64,000 bases of DNA from NCBI GenBank assembly GCA_963813535.1, contig CAWEZH010000001.1:128001-192000 (forward strand). The letters run 5' to 3'. The notes under the pieces are model-generated. The model ran no database searches. It worked only from the letters and a program-made list of their open reading frames with translations, and had not been told where the DNA came from. The translations under genes were made by a program, and so were the position numbers. Shown here one piece after another: positions 62,612-64,000 of this stretch (position 1 is its first letter; every line of letters begins with the position of its first letter). The stretch is from an uncultured Chloroflexia bacterium. GTDB lineage: Bacteria; Chloroflexota; Limnocylindria; Limnocylindrales; CSP1-4.

Positions 62612-64000
62612 CCGGTGGCGTCGGGGGGTCGGACCGGGAGGCGACCGACGGCCTCGGCCTCGCCCGCCAGCGCGGCCACGAGGGCGTCGAGCGAGCCCGG
62701 CAGGATCGAGTACGTCGCGAGCGCCGTCGACTCCTCCGGGTAGGCGGCGACGTCCCACGGTCCGCGCATGGCGACCGCGATCGTCGGCGTGCCGGTCGCG
62801 ACGACCGACTCGACGAGATCGATCTGGGAGCGCAGCCGATGGCCGTCGATGGTGCCGATCACGACGACGTCCGCGGCGTCGGCGCGGGCGCGGATCGCGG
62901 CGATCGACGCTGCGTCAGGTTCGGGTTCGACGACCACCTCGTCCACCTGGCCATGGTAGCGACGGAGGGCGGCCGCGAGCGTCGGCTCGACGGTCGAGGA
63001 GGTGTCGGCCGGCGTGAGGTCGGTGGGTCGGGGCATGACCGCCAGGGCGCGACGGATCGAGTCCCAGCGGAGGGGCAGCAAACCGCCCGGATCCCGAACG
63101 AGCGTGATCGACCGGGCCGCCAGTTCCGCGGCGAGCACTCGATGCGCGGCGCTGCCGACGACATCGATGCCGGGCGCGACTCCGGCCGCGCTGAGCCACG
63201 CCCGGAGCGAGCCAAGACGACGTTCCGCGGCGGCCATCTCGTCTCCGTCGAACACGCCGCGCGAGGCCGCGTCCGTGAGCGCACGCTCGATCCGCGCCGT
63301 CGCCTCGGGATCCGCGGCCGTGAGCAGGAGATCGACGCCGGCCTGGATCGCGGCGACCACATCGGGCACGCCGTCGGCGCCACGCCCCACGCCGGCCATG
63401 TCCAGCGCATCGGTGATCGACACGCCATCGAATCCGAGATCGCCGCGCAGCAGGTCGGTCATCACGGCCCGCGACAGCGTGGACGGCAGGTCGTCGCGGC
63501 CGCTCACCGCGGGCAGCGCGATATGCGCGGACATCGCGACGCGGGCCCCGGCCGCCACCGCGGCGCGGAACGGGACGAGCTCACGTGCATCGAGGCTCGC
63601 GCGCGAGGAACCCACCGTCGCGATGCCATGGTGCGGGTCGTCGGCCGCCTCGCCGGCCCCCGGAAAGTGCTTGATGGCCGCGGCCACGCCGGCCGACTGG
63701 AGGCCGCGGACCATCGCCGCCCCGTGCCGCGCGACCAACGCCGAACCGTCGCCGAACGCGCGGATCCCCAGCGCCGGATTGGCCGGGTTCGAGGCGATGT
63801 CGAGCACCGGCGCGTAGATCACGTTGACCCCCATCGCCCGCGCCTCGGTGCCGATCGCCCGGCCGACGCGCTCCGTGAGCGACACATCATCGACCGCGCC
63901 GAGGGCCATGTTGCCGGCGAATGGCGTCGACCCATCGCCCAGGGCGATGAACTGCCCACCTTCCTGGTCGGCCGCGATGAGGAGCGGCGCGGGCCCGTCG
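62608..64000 (-). CDS. GH3 beta-N-acetylhexosaminidase-like protein (5' end outside window)
   Basis: ADQEGG, APVLD, KHFPG, ITDALDM. Confidence 0.88.
   Translation of the reverse strand, partial: DGPAPLLIAADQEGGQFIALGDGSTPFAGNMALGAVDDVSLTERVGRAIGTEARAMGVNVIYAPVLDIASNPANPALGIRAFGDGSALVARHGAAMVRGLQSAGVAAAIKHFPGAGEAADDPHHGIATVGSSRASLDARELVPFRAAVAAGARVAMSAHIALPAVSGRDDLPSTLSRAVMTDLLRGDLGFDGVSITDALDMAGVGRGADGVPDVVAAIQAGVDLLLTAADPEATARIERALTDAASRGVFDGDEMAAAERRLGSLRAWLSAAGVAPGIDVVGSAAHRVLAAELAARSITLVRDPGGLLPLRWDSIRRALAVMPRPTDLTPADTSSTVEPTLAAALRRYHGQVDEVVVEPEPDAASIAAIRARADAADVVVIGTIDGHRLRSQIDLVESVVATGTPTIAVAMRGPWDVAAYPEESTALATYSILPGSLDALVAALAGEAEAVGRLPVRPPDATG

Overview
High-GC bacterial chromosomal window, densely coding with about 57 CDS and one tRNA-His(GTG). 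Gene content and the many apparently leaderless genes suggest Chloroflexota (Limnocylindria-like) or an actinobacterium; this is inference only. It holds core and accessory metabolism: GlcD-like oxidase, BioY, pgm, glgC, pncB, pepA, add, ccsA, an arginine deiminase operon followed by a P-type ATPase and a CYTH-like/Ppx fusion, NagZ/SIS amino-sugar genes and several secreted enzymes. No integrase, transposase, CRISPR-Cas or prophage was seen. Most interesting: (1) a compositionally atypical XRE-HTH/PD-(D/E)XK-like gene followed by four ~31-nt palindromic repeats that fold into a nested, strand-specific structure; (2) a glutamine-synthetase-like ligase overlapping a phytochelatin-synthase-like cysteine enzyme; (3) a divergent FtsH paralogue coupled to two membrane-anchored NTF2-like proteins; (4) 10-bp-phased CACC(G/C)GAC arrays beside a shared TACGGT box at three loci; (5) probable CTG starts. 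Four genes carry frameshifts that look like sequencing errors. All family calls are from motif recognition, not database searches.
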